Origin: Podarcis tiliguerta
Lineage: Eukaryota
Reading direction: 5' to 3' (one strand)
DNA length: 64,000 nucleotides
Assembly (NCBI GenBank): GCA_965153285.1
Contig: OZ229110.1
The first letter of the stretch is position 1; each line of letters opens with the position of its first letter. The notes below the pieces were generated by a model. That model was not told the DNA's origin. It searched no databases and saw only the letters and a program-made list of their open reading frames with translations. This document shows, piece after piece, positions 12,768-24,771 of this stretch. The translations under genes and the position numbers were made by a program.

Positions 12768-15699
12768 AGAGAGCCCAATATACCCTTTAGAAAAGGCAAT
12801 AAAGGCAAAGAAAAAACCCACATTGGGAAGTCACCGATTCAGTACAGCTGGTGCAGCATTGTAGGTAAGTTTGTGGGTTGTAACTCTAGAAACCCACAGT
12901 TCAAATCTTGCTGCACCCTTGAATTTACTAGGTGACCATAACAAGTCACACTAGGCTTAGGTCCCCAAATGCCTGCTTTAATGCCTGTGATCTAATGTCA
13001 GATTCCTGTTGCAGCCAATATACAGGAAGTAGTCAGCACGTAAGTTGTGTGGATAACATATTCCAGTGCTGACTTTTGAATGATTCTCATGGATGCAAAG
13101 CATGTTTTTGTCTGTGGCACCAACATTTTGACAAGTGTGTTCTGGAACCATTTTCAGACTAACATTATTTTGTGAGTAGGATTCAGTCACATGGCAGCAA
13201 ATTCAGGTTGCGTGATTGCAGTGAATTAGGTCATCTTGCACTGCAAGAAACCTGATTTGCAGTAAGGAAAGTGACAGGAAAACAAACTGGAAAAGGTGGA
13301 ATAACAGTTGCTTGATGTAACACTATATGACCTCCCCATAAATCAAATTGAATGCTCAGTTACGGTAATAGTGGATGTCATATAACCTCCCCAGACCTTG
13401 TGCAAGCGAAAACCTTGGCAGAGTCACAAAGAGTACGTCTGGGTAGAGCTGTTCATGTTCCCTCTTTGCCTTTTAGTATTAGTAACAGGAGCACAGGAAG
13501 ATGTTTCTTTAGAATCAGGAACTGGGTAGTATGGGAGAAGCATGTATGCCTCTGTATCTGGACTGTAATTGCTAATACCTCCTATCTATGGTGTGGGCAG
13601 GTGAAGGATCAGTGCAGGTTGAGACATGCATGAACATGGGCAGCACAGATTAGAATGTGACCTAAACCTATAATCCTAAATATGTTTACTCAGATGTAGG
13701 TCCTATTGAAATGTGGAATCTTCCTCTGTCAAATATATATTGTTTAAACTGGAATATATTTATTTTTATGTGTGCTATATAAACAGTGTGAGCTTCATAG
13801 GAAAATGTGCTTTAGCATTTTCAGATTCAGATATTTAACATAATGCACTAGGGAGAAAGGGGCATTCAGTATTGATGAACATTGATTAGACACCAGTTTT
13901 CCAGTCTTCCAAAGCTGTGGTTTAAGTTGTGCTGTCCTTTGAAATGCATCGTATTTCTCCACAGTCAAGGCAGAAACTCCTTCGATGAATCAATGTTTTC
14001 TTAACACTCTTTGTTCGGCTTGCCTGTTGACTGACTAAAAAACACACTTTCACGCTGGAGCCCTGAATTCTGTCCAGTTGGGACTGAGACTCCTCACAGG
14101 CTGTAAACAAGGCTTGTTTTATCAGCCAGCATCAACACGTTGCTTATGAATCAGGGGACTGCGTTAGAAGTTACCAAGCTGTTCCTGGAACAGTCACATA
14201 AATGCTCCTCACGGAATCCAATTCCACAGCATAGGGCTGTTGTTGTTTTTTTGGACTGGTTCTGTGACATAGATTATATAAAAACAGCTGCCCCTCAAGC
14301 ACAACAACAACAGACATCTGTGCAGTGACAACACTTGCCTTGTGCTTAGCAAGGGGAAACTTTCACGCATAACTAAAGCAAGGCTTAAGTTGGGCCAATT
14401 TAATGAGATGCCAGAAAGACCCATTAGGCTAAGGCTATGTACACCTGCTTGGGAATATAATGGACTTACTTCTGAGTAAACAAGCATAGGATTGCACTAT
14501 TTTTGAGGGTATAGTCATCACCTTCACATTTTATAGCACAGCGGCCCAAATTATGTATACAAAGAAAGATGTAGCTCTGCTCATTAGTAAGGTAGTAAAT
14601 CTGTGTCTGGGATGAACCACTACAGACTGCAGGTGGGGACTCACATGACTGACTCCTACCAATAAACAATGCCCCCTGAATTAAATCAGATGTTAGGGAG
14701 AAGGGTTTATTATAGCATCCCCCCTGCCCATCAAGCTCTCTGTGTTTGGAGGCTTTGGAATATAGGAGTTTTATTCATGTCAGCTTCTACCTGCAGCCTA
14801 AAGTGGTTCAGCCCAGAGAGGTTTACAGCCTGTCAGAACAAGGCCCAGCAGCAGATATGAAGGGTGCACAAGGTTAGAAAAATGGGATTCTGCATAAAGC
14901 TAGGCATATGCCTTTTGGCTTAACACACTTATTCCACAGCCAAATCATAATAGTGCCAGAGCCAATGCCTGAAAGTTCTGACTCTGAGCTTTCTTTCTTC
15001 CTAGATAGGAAGTTGTGAGGAAATCCTTCTTCCCAAACATATGCAGAATGTCAGTTTTGGTCTGTTGTCCTCTCACCCCACCCCAGTCCCATTTCAAAGT
15101 AGAGAAAAGCAAACAAACCAGCCATCGATGCAATTCTTACCTTGTCCAGGACATACCTGGATTCTAACACCTGTTGTTCAGATTCCTTTTGATCGAGGTT
15201 GCTTTTGTTAATGCTTTTATTGTCATTTTGATTATTCGATGTTTCTCCTTTTAGTCTTTTTAACCTCTGCTGAATTGGTTTTTATTGCTGTGTCTAGTAT
15301 ATAGTTTCTTAATTTCTCACTGGATGTTTCAGTTCATGCTTGCCAAGTTGCCTTGAAGCTTTTATTTCAAAATGTGAGGTATAAAATGTTTAAAAAATAC
15401 ATTTTCATATAATAGGGCTTTTGTTTTTTGCCACAGCTTGTGATAGAAGGGAGAAAGAAAGGAGTTGGAGGACAGTGAGACTAGGCTTTGAATGGTAAAC
15501 GGGATGAGGAGAAAAATGAAATACTGAGAAAAGAAGAGAAGGATGGTGGTGTCCATTCTGCCTTCTCATTTTTGATATTTTTACCTAAACAAGTATCTGG
15601 GCAGTTTAACTAGACCCTGTACATACACTGCTAAGTTTTTCTTGCAAAGGGTTCTCAAACAAACTTCTCCAACAAAGTTTTTCCTGTATCACCTTATAC

Positions 15700-15855
15700 A
15701 TCATACATTTAAAGCACTCCTTTACCACTTTAACAGTCTTTGCTTCCCCCAAAGAATTCTGGGAACTACAGTTCCTTAAGGGTGCTGGGAATTGTTGCTC
15801 TTTGAGGAGACTCCTATAAACTCTTGGGGTAAGCAGAGCCAGATTTTGGAGGATG
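15700..15855. mobile_element. Old palindromic non-autonomous DNA element (related copy ~59296-59462)
   Basis: Shared catacatttaaag...accactttaacagtc...ctgggaact...aaggtg.tgggaatt motif at both loci. Confidence 0.55.
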
Positions 15856-16138
15856 GTGGGAAGAAAAGCAAAACGAAAAAAAAGGGGAGGCAATTAAGAA
15901 CCATGAGAAGTGATATTCAATACAATCAAGTACTGCTATGTTTAATTACTACTATTACTGTTGCAAATTTTCATATCTTCAAAAAATGTAATTACTTTGC
16001 TTTATGCAGGCATTCTGTTTGCACCTTCTGACAGAACACCGTTTGATCCATTAATGTTGCACGTTACTCCAATATGACCCAGCACCCAAAATACAACTTT
16101 TCCCAGTATTATTACCCAGTTGAAGCACGAGTACCCAC

Positions 16139-18004
16139 CAGAGTTTTTGTCGGGCAGCCGATTTATCCTCCACACGATGGAATTAAAGGCATGCTCATAT
16201 TTGGCAGTTCCTAGTGTTACTCTCATTACTGGCTCAGAACCGGACACACTGGTGGATCCAAAGCTGGCGCTTTTGTTCACCTTTGCTTTCAAAGACTTTT
16301 CCCCGAGGACACTATCTCTGCGGAAGTTTTTCACCCACTCCTGTGGCACTGGGTAGCGGACCATCACATTTTCACAGGGGACCTGAGTGAGAGGGTCTCT
16401 GTTGGAGGAGAACCCCGGAGACATCATCAGCCAGCTCTGGAGCTCCACCTCAGCGCCGTTGATGCTAGCTGCAACCCTCAAGGTGAAAGGCAACGTCTTC
16501 TCGGAAAACACGCTTCTGAAGCGCATCAGTTCAAACCTGCAGGCGTCCAAGGGGTTGAACTGAATGACGCGGGCGCTGGCAAACGCCTCCTCCTCCACGC
16601 AGGAGTGGAACTGGCAATCGTACAGCTTAATCCACTTGGTGGTGGTAGTGGGCATGATGTCCTGCCGCGAGACGATTTCGTTCCCTTTGACAAGGACATC
16701 GTTGAGACCCAGCCTGCATTCCGCCAGGCCAGAAAGGAAAGTGAGAACGTGCACTCGGGTCAACACATTGTGCTGCAAAATCCTATTGTCTCTTTTGGCC
16801 AAGGTGCCATAGAACTCGTCCTTTACATCCACAGTGATTTCCTCCTCTTGGTAGTTCAATCCCACTGTGCTCAGGTCTGTTGACGAGGCAGGCAAATCCA
16901 TTAGTGTATCCTGGACCACCCTGATGAAGCTGAGGAAGTCTTCATAGCTGGTGGTACCCAGCTTGATAACCTGCTCCCTCTCCGCTATGTGAGAGACAGC
17001 AGGCTTGGGCTGATACTTCCTCTTTTCCTTGTAGGTGATGCGATCTATCCTCACACTGTGTATCCTCCCATTCTCATCATAGTTCTGGAGTTTGGGTTCT
17101 GAAATCTCATGGCTGATGTCAAGCTTGAATTCCTTGAAAGGCTTTTCCAATCCCTTCTCGTAAAAGAGCTGCAAGTACCTGCTCTCGGTCAGCTTGACGT
17201 AAATCGGCCCCCAGTGTCTAGATGACATGATGTTCTTCTTTTCTGGTATCCTCAGCATCATTGGCCAGCCATCTTTTCGCGGAGGTGGCCCCAGAAAGGA
17301 CACGGTGCTGTATAGCTCAGTTGGCACTGTGGGGTCGTCGTCGGGCAGAGTAGGACTGCTCAGCTGATCTGGGTCCCCAATCTGGAGTTGCTTGAGCTGC
17401 TCGACAGCATCTCGGTGCCTGAGGTGTCTACTTGGCTCATTAAAGCTGATGCAGTCAGGCTCCTGATGGAGGATAATGAGGGAGTCTCTCTGGTTTCTGC
17501 CAGAAATGGGAGAGGTTTGAGAATGCCTGTCCCGTTCTTCAAAGAAAGAACTGAATGGGTTGATAGGAGAAGGCTGAACATCCCTCAGGGATTCGTCAAG
17601 GAAAGGGTTAGTAGCACTCCAAGGGGGTGTCCCACTAAATGAAGGCAAGCTGGTTATTGAGGAAAGGTCTAGTTTCTGAATTTTAGGGAGGTCAGCCAAT
17701 GCACTTCTGGGGCGTTCCCTTTTCTTAAAGGATGAGGAGAGGGTAAGAGAGTTCACATCTGTGATCTGTGTTGTTGTGACTGCTGCTGCTGCTGCAGTTG
17801 CTACTAACGGTGGGGAATCTGCTTTTACGGGGGATAAAGTGGATGGAGAATTGCAGCTGACTTCATTGTCATCAAAAGTCACCCAGCTGGGGAAACGGGC
17901 TGTTGTTGGGGTTTCACTATGGCCGTTTACAGATGTGCTATTCAGCTGCCAGCTGGTGGCCTCCATGCCTAGCTCTTCATCTTCGAGAAGGGATGAGGAA
18001 TTGT
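16139..18004 (-). CDS. STON2: Stonin-2 large exon: WVTF motif, two NPF motifs, stonin-homology domain and most of the mu-homology domain
   Basis: ORF 16002..17966 extends upstream to acceptor catatag|AC (DNSSSLLEDEE). Contains RFPSWVTFDDNE, ATNPF, INPF, DGWPMMLRIPEKKNIMSSRHWGP and GTAKYEHAFNSIVWRINRLPDKNS. Donor TCTG|gtgggt. 1866 nt, phase 1-1. Confidence 0.98.
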
Positions 18005-18199
18005 CTATATGGAGAAATGAGAAGAAGTGTCAATCCTAGGATGCAAGTTCTAGGCATCATAGTACGTTTCATCATGTCTACAATGGGCGGTATGCAACTA
18101 AATAGCTGTGCTAGCACAAGGATTAGCACTAGCACAACAGTATTTCCTCCTCTACGCCACCCATGTGCATCCCACACCATCTCTAAATTTATTAAACAG

Positions 18200-18330
18200 C
18201 CCTGTTTAGGGAAGCTTTTAATATCTGATTAATCATTGTATTTTAATATTCTGCTGGAAGCTGCCCAGAGTGGCTGGGGAAACCCAGCCAAATGGGTGGG
18301 GTATAAATAATAAATTTATTATTATTATTA
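18200..18330 (+). mobile_element. L2-clade LINE 3' end with (ATT)n tail
   Basis: ccctgtttagggaag...gcccagagtggctggggaaacccagcc...gtataaataataaatttattattatt, the same 3' end as 36660-36797. Confidence 0.8.
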
Positions 18331-19982
18331 CTGGAGAGTTGTGGAGGGCAGATTTAGGGGTCACACAGGGGCAGCATGTTCCATTGTGCTAACAGAACCT
18401 TCACTTTAGCATTATATTGCATACAGCCCAATGAATGCCATAATTACAAACAAAATGCAAGTACAATAGAAAGTTTTTTAAGGGAGGGGGACAGCATGTT
18501 AGACAAACTGCTTTTGTATCCTTTAGAAGGGAGAAACCACTTACAGAAATAAGCAACCTGCTTCGCAAGAGCTCATAGGAGCTAGACATTCTGGTTCTGC
18601 TTTCTGTGCAGATTTTGTTTGTAATTACTGGTCAGATTTATGGAGCCAGAAAATGTAATTCTACTGTACAGACTTTTACATATAATAATAAAACTGTTGT
18701 TTGCTCATTTGCATTTACAAGTGCTTTCATCAACTGCATAAATCTGTCTCTAGCCTATGCACAATCCTTGACAGCTTGTCATGTTCTGTGGAGGAGAGGA
18801 TAACAACAGATGAGGAAGCCAAACTTCCATCATTAATTTATGAAACAGATTTGAGATAAAATATATTTCAGTAAATGAAATACGAACTATCATAAACTCT
18901 GCTCTTGACTACTAAACACGTCGCTGTTAAACATCTCTATAAATGGTCAGTGAAGGGTTAAATAAATTGGGAACCTAAATGGTATAATGCAGGTTTTCCT
19001 CCCCATGACTATGAAAACCACACTGAGAACCTGGATTGTGTGGTTAGTTCCTATGCGAAAAGCATCTCATCTCATATGCCCAGGCAAGCCGTGTGATTAC
19101 TCTTTGCATATGCCACGCAGCTCTGACTTTTCAAGATGGTAAACATATTGCCAGGTAATGCATGAATAAGGGCCCTTGTTGTCATGCCACCTTCAGAACT
19201 ATGAACCTTGTTGAGCCAGAATAATTTAACAGTATGTCCAGAAGGTGGTGCCATAAAGCCAGACAAACCAAAATTATACACTTACTGCAAAACATTTACC
19301 CCACGACCACCACGACACCAATTAATTGGTAGATCTCAAAAGGGTACACAGCGAGATTTTCACAGAAGCCTACTATGTTGCATTTGCACAGTCTATATAG
19401 CTAAAAAAGCCTAAAATATTTCCCAGAGATGCCATTCTCCACATCTTCCTCTTACTCAGGAAAATGTTTGCAGGATCCTACAGGCATGCATGAAATGTCC
19501 TCAGAGAGTACAATGGAAAGTTGAGAGAAACAGAAGATCAAAGTGCAATGTCCATATTGCAAATGAACACTCCTTCTCTGTGCTTTGCTAGTTTTTGTGC
19601 TCTGCATTGGACACCCAATGATTTGATTTGATATCAGGCCTTCCTTTTGAACCTTCCAATTGCTGAAAATAACACAGATCTCTGGCTCCTTGGACCTGAA
19701 CTTATGCTGTACCTAATTCCTTTTGGTATTCACCTGTTGCTTGACCTCACCTCTAGATTACATTTTGAACCTGGGCCTATGCTCAAACTCCCTGAGGGCA
19801 CTCACCGTAACATGACACTAGATCATCCTTTTAGTCTTCCCTGATGAGGGCTTTCAATAATTCCTATTTGTAATGTTAAAGTTCTGTAAATCAAAACTAA
19901 AACAAACAAAGCCATGAACTATTTTCTTAGAATATCTGCCCCCAATCCACAGCTAATAGCTACTGAAGGCATAAAATGAATA

Positions 19983-20240
19983 CAGTGGTACCTCGGGTTA
20001 CATGCGCTTCAGGTTACATACGCTTCAGGTTACATACGTTTCAGGTTACGGACTCCGCTAACCCAGAAATAGTACCTCAGGTTAAGAACTTTGCTTCAGG
20101 ATAAGAACAGAAATCATGCTCCGGCAGCGCGACAGCAGCAGGAGGCCCCATTAGCTAAAGTGGTGCTTCAGGTTATGAACAATTTCAGGTTAAGAACAGA
20201 CCTCCGGAACAAATTAAGTACTTGACCCGAGGTACCACTG
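19983..20240. mobile_element. Tc1/mariner (Tigger-like) MITE with TA TSD
   Basis: TIR cagtggtacctcgggt / acccgaggtaccactg flanked by TA. Internal tandem cttcaggttaca repeats. Opposite orientation to the copies at 28786 and 44249. Confidence 0.9.
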
Positions 20241-21351
20241 TACTACAGCTTTGTAGTATTTTTCAACAACAAAAAGAAGAATATACCAGCCTTGCCAACT
20301 ATATCTGTGACCTTGAACAGAACACAGTGTGGGTGGGGAAGAACACTTTGCTTGGAAAAGAGTGCATTTCATAACTACACAAGGACTTCAGTAAATGCAG
20401 CTCATCATTCAGCAGACGCGCTTTCAACGATACTGTAGGCTGCTTGGGTAGAAACCCGACTTGGAAGGTGGTGGGGAGGGGCTGAAGAAAACTGATAAAA
20501 GAACCCAGAGCTAGTAGGAAACTTGGTTCCTCAACCTCTTTATCTACAGGGTGCTGGCAAGAGAACTATTTTAATTAGCGTCTGAATGACCTCCAACTCA
20601 ATATTCACAGAACTTGAGGGCAGCAAAGCTTTTGATTATTCATACAGGGTGAAGATTAGCAATAATAACTGAAGTAGCAAGCTGAAAACATGTGCAGACA
20701 CTTTATTCTATTTGCGGCTGGTTCGTACTTGTAGCCTGCCCTCACACAAGGCTCCTGGGTGGTTCTGCAGGCTCTTTCCCCACTGTGTTAGCTAAAGCTG
20801 CAGCTGCACTCGTGGCCCTTCGACTTGCTGTCACAGGAGGTCTTTTATGCCTCCCATCTCCAGGGCCAAGAGAGGGGAAAGCCTCATGTGCAAACATACA
20901 CAGACCTGAGGTTCCACATAAATGTCCAATTGGGTAAGTGAGGCCCTGGAGCTCCTAACATTAAATTTTAATAATTTAGGTAAGCCACCATAGGGAACCT
21001 TTGGGTCCACACACATACACCCTCACCGAGGAAATACAACAACGCGAGAGGATAAGGGATGTGCCATATTTTAGCTTTTTTCCCATGCTCAGGTAATTTG
21101 GCTTTAAAGTGAAATATTTTTGGAATTTGGTCTTGCATTCCAAGGCTCCATGGGAAGACTGTTTCATTGTTGCACGCGCCCTGCCCTGCTCAGGGAAGCA
21201 ATTTATTCTCGCCACAACTGGTGAGGTAGAAATTAGGCTGAGAGAAAGCGCTTTTGCTCAAGGCCACCCATCACGTTATACAGCAGAGAGAGGGGCATGC
21301 TGCGATATAAGGATGCCCCCACATGAAGCCAAGCCGTATTTTAAGTAGGGC

Positions 21352-21352
<1 letters not shown>

Positions 21353-21396
<44 letters not shown>

Positions 21397-21435
21397 TTTA
21401 TACCCCACCCATCTGACTGGGTTTCCCAGCCACTC
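21353..21435 (-). repeat. (TAA)n microsatellite forming the tail of a short L2 3' fragment
   Basis: taataataa array followed by ccccacccatctgactgggtttcccagccactct. Confidence 0.8.
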
Positions 21436-21519
21436 TATTCCAGTTGCAGTCTTGAGCAATTTTCTTACACTCAGGAATCAGCATACATAGGTGGGATTAC
21501 ACACAGGGGAGAAGCACCA

Positions 21520-21522
<3 letters not shown>

Positions 21523-21552
<30 letters not shown>
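21523..21552. repeat. (TG)n microsatellite
   Basis: Perfect gt repeat of about 15 units. Confidence 0.95.
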
Positions 21553-21553
<1 letters not shown>

Positions 21554-21612
21554 CAACCATACCTTTTTATACCAGCTGGCTACAGACCAATTAGGCAACT
21601 CCCCAGATCTTG

Positions 21613-21651
21613 GTTTCCTGATGCTGACTCATCACATGATGCTGAGTCAAC
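21613..21651. promoter_or_regulatory. Candidate intronic enhancer module: ARE/MARE + E-box + ARE/MARE
   Basis: TGCTGACTCAT (21622-21632), TCACATGA (21632-21639), TGCTGAGTCAA (21640-21650). Motif match only. Confidence 0.4.
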
Positions 21652-22655
21652 ATTTCTACTGAACACAGAGTGTTAACTCCTTGATACCCACAACACTCCA
21701 ACATGACATGCCGTCGGATGCTCCCCGTCCCAGTCAAAGCACACAGTTACCTTTAAGCCACATAGGCTAGAATGCAGCTACAAGTTAAATCCCAAAGCAC
21801 CAGGGAAAGAAGGGAATCTCAGATGCTGCATAATAAGAGTACTGGCTAGATCAGACCAAATGTCTGCCTGGTTCAGTATTCTGTTTCCCAGTGTGAGCTA
21901 CAAGGAACCCACAAGGACATAAAGGCAAGGATGAGGAACATTTCTCATTCCAAGGACCATATTCCCTTCTTCCTTCCTGGGGCCACATGGCTTTGTTTGG
22001 TGGTGCCAGAGGAAAAAGTGCACAGAACAACGCATGTAATTTTTTACCTTTGTAAAAGACAAATAAAAAGCACTATCAAGAGTTCATGGACACATTCCAG
22101 CCGGACAAAAATTATCTAGAGGGGTTCAAAGCAGGACTGGTGAGGTGTGTGGCTTGGCCACATCCCCGTGGAGGGACACATTTGGCCCCTTATTTATGAC
22201 ATAAGGAAACATCCTGGCTTGGGACCCTCTTGTGTCTGTGGAATAGGGGCTTTAACTCCTTGTCTGCTGATGTGGTTCCAAACAGCCTCAGGCACCATGT
22301 GTCTGCTATTATGTTAAAGAAACATTTCCTCTTGAATGAAGGGGAGACTATGCCCCCCACAATAAGAAGAGCAGGTGAGGGAGGCCTGACGTGGATTGAG
22401 ACTAAAGCTCCCCTACTCCCAAGGTTCCAGTCTTTACCCATCTTGTTGAGCCTTAAGCTACTGGACTAGTAAGAGACAAAAAAAATATTGTGGCATATAA
22501 AAGACTAACAGATTCATTGGGGCAGAAGCGTCCATAAGGTAGAACCCAATTCATCACTTGACTGAGCTCTTGAGATTCAAAGTCTCCTTCCATTCAGCAG
22601 ACACAAACATGCTGAAAGGACAAGCTACCAGCCTGCTAGGACTTCAGACCTGGCT

Positions 22656-22939
22656 CAATTGCAGGACTGCACTGGCTGCCAGATAGTTTTCGGCCCAATT
22701 CAAAGTGCTGTTTTTGACTTATAAAGCCTTAAATGGCTCAGGACCACAAGACCTCAAGGACCACCTCTCTCCATATGAACCTACCCAGATCCTTCTTCAT
22801 GTGCCTCCTCTATGTGAGGTCAAGAGGGTGGCAACATGAAAATGGGCCTTTTCTGCAACGGCTCCCACCTGTTTTTGGTTTGAGGTTTGGCTAGTGCCTT
22901 CATTATACACATTTAGGCACCAGGTGAAAACATTCCTCT
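22656..22939 (+). mobile_element. L2-clade LINE fragment; inverted near-copy of 29495-29778
   Basis: Encodes degenerate LHWLP..F..QFKVL.LTYKALNG, an L2 ORF2 C-terminal signature. About 9 mismatches in 284 bp to the reverse complement of 29495-29778. Confidence 0.85.
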
Positions 22940-22945
22940 CCTTCT

Positions 22946-23110
22946 TTGGAGTCTCCTTCTTTGGAGGTCTTTAAGCAGAGGCTTGACAACCATATGTCAG
23001 GAGTGCTCTGATGGTGTTTCCTGTTTGGCAGGGGGTTGGACTCGATGGCCCTTGTGGTCTCTTCCAACTCTATGATTCTATTCTATTCTATTCTATTCTA
23101 TTCTATTCTG
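22946..23110 (+). mobile_element. CR1 LINE 3' end with (TATTC)n tail
   Basis: ggagtctccttctttggaggtctttaagcagaggcttgacaacc...ttccaactctatgattcta. Same family as 45069-45753. Confidence 0.9.
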
Positions 23111-24329
23111 ATTCATATGATTCATACAGCTTAATATCTGCCTCCTCACATATTCCTATCTGAGATGGCTACATACAGGAGTTTCACTGCTGCCTTAAAG
23201 ACCATTAACAGGCTGCTAATATCAGATAGCTGCACAGGGGAGATAACACATCATACATGTCTCTTTAAGGTGCAACTGGAGTTTGTATATGGAGGATTCA
23301 TCTGTTGTTATTTCTAGTCACTGGTTGGAATGTGGAATGGCAGGTACAAAGTCTTGAAAGGAAAGGAAAAAGGACAACACAGAAGATATCCACCAGGTAT
23401 TAAAGGTCGGAAGCCACAGCATGTTCAGACATAGCTCTCTCTTGTTCTACTTCTGAAAACACAGAACATGTTTGCTTTAAAATAGGACAAAGGAAAGTAT
23501 GGTCAATATAAGATTGATTTGTACTATCAGGGATGGATCTACATACAGGAAAAACACACGCTATAAATAAGTCAGAAATTAGATAGTTGTAACAAAAGGG
23601 GGAGGACCTATGGAAAATCGCGTACAAAAAAATTCTGCTCTCTGGCGCCAACTGGTGTTGCCTGTTTATAATAACACATTCAAATCATTGTTGTTTGACT
23701 AAAATAGCTGAGTCCCAGCTCTCCAGTACAACTCCAATATGTTTACACAGTGACTATTTTGTTACTATGACATTCTGGTGGCTAATATAACAGACAGGGA
23801 GTTCCAATTCAAGTCTTAGCCAGGTGATTTCTTCAGGCCAACTACAAGGAGATCAGAGACAATACAAGCTTTTGTACAGGAAAAAGCTGTAAAGAAACTT
23901 GCCTTTGCTGCACCTGTTTTGCTGATAAACTGATAGCAGGTTTGCCAGATCAGCCAAAATCAGCAGTTCCAAAGCAAGAGAGGGTTCCTTATCAGTACTT
24001 TTGGCATTTGGTTGGTATACTGGTTGCAGGAGCCACAGCAAGGCTAATTTCATAAATGGTGAATGACACTCAAAGCTGGGATTTAGCCATATCTAAGAAT
24101 ATAATATATGTGAATAGATTTATAACTATTCTTCAGAATTTCACACGACAGGAAAGATTGGGGGGGGGGGGAGAAACAGCAGCCATTTCTATTTTCAAAA
24201 CATGCTTTCACAACATTGCCCAGACCAGTTCTCATTGGTTTTCTCTTGAGCTCAAAAATAGTAACACCGGTTTCCTGCTTCTGGTGCCCAGGGTATTTCC
24301 TAAGGATCAAATGTTAATGCAGAACTGTA

Positions 24330-24771
24330 TCTTCTATCTGCTGAATATGACAAACAAAATGCCTGCACAAGATGAGAAGGAAGTAGACAATTTACATAGC
24401 GTCGTTTTTGAAGCTTTCTGTAACAACAAATTGTCACTGTTTTTTGTGTTGAATATATGCTATATGGTAATTTACGGACCTCATAGGTATCTACAACCAT
24501 TAGCACATAGCAAAATATGTATTTTATCAAAGGATTTGTTGAACTGAACTACAATTAAGAAGAAGTATATTAATACTGTAGTGAAATACAATTAAGAAGT
24601 ATATTAATAGTGAAATAATTATTCAGCTCTAACTGTATGTAGGTTTTGTTTTATTTGTTTTTTATCTTATATTTTGGAAATGTACATCCAGTTTTTTTCT
24701 TTAAATTTTTTGGGGGCCCCCAAAAGAGTGGGGCCCTAAGCTTTTTTAGCTTATACGTAAATCCAGCACTG
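24330..24771. mobile_element. DNA transposon terminal fragment (hAT-like)
   Basis: Ends ggggccctaagct...agcttatacgtaaatccagcactg, a TIR-like CAG terminus on the minus strand. AT-rich body. Left boundary uncertain. Confidence 0.45.

Noticed and set aside
16002-16138. C-terminal tail of the 654-aa ORF (GGYSCFNWVII...)
   Set aside because: Intron read-through past the donor at 16139. STON2 homology resumes at 11136.
16120-18232. Several plus-strand ORFs overlapping the large exon
   Set aside because: Antisense shadows of the STON2 coding sequence with no independent evidence.
23400-23463. Possible alternative terminal exon (ttttcag|AAGTAGAA..., EVEQERAMSEHAVASDL*)
   Set aside because: Only an acceptor-like site, with no homology or poly(A) support visible.
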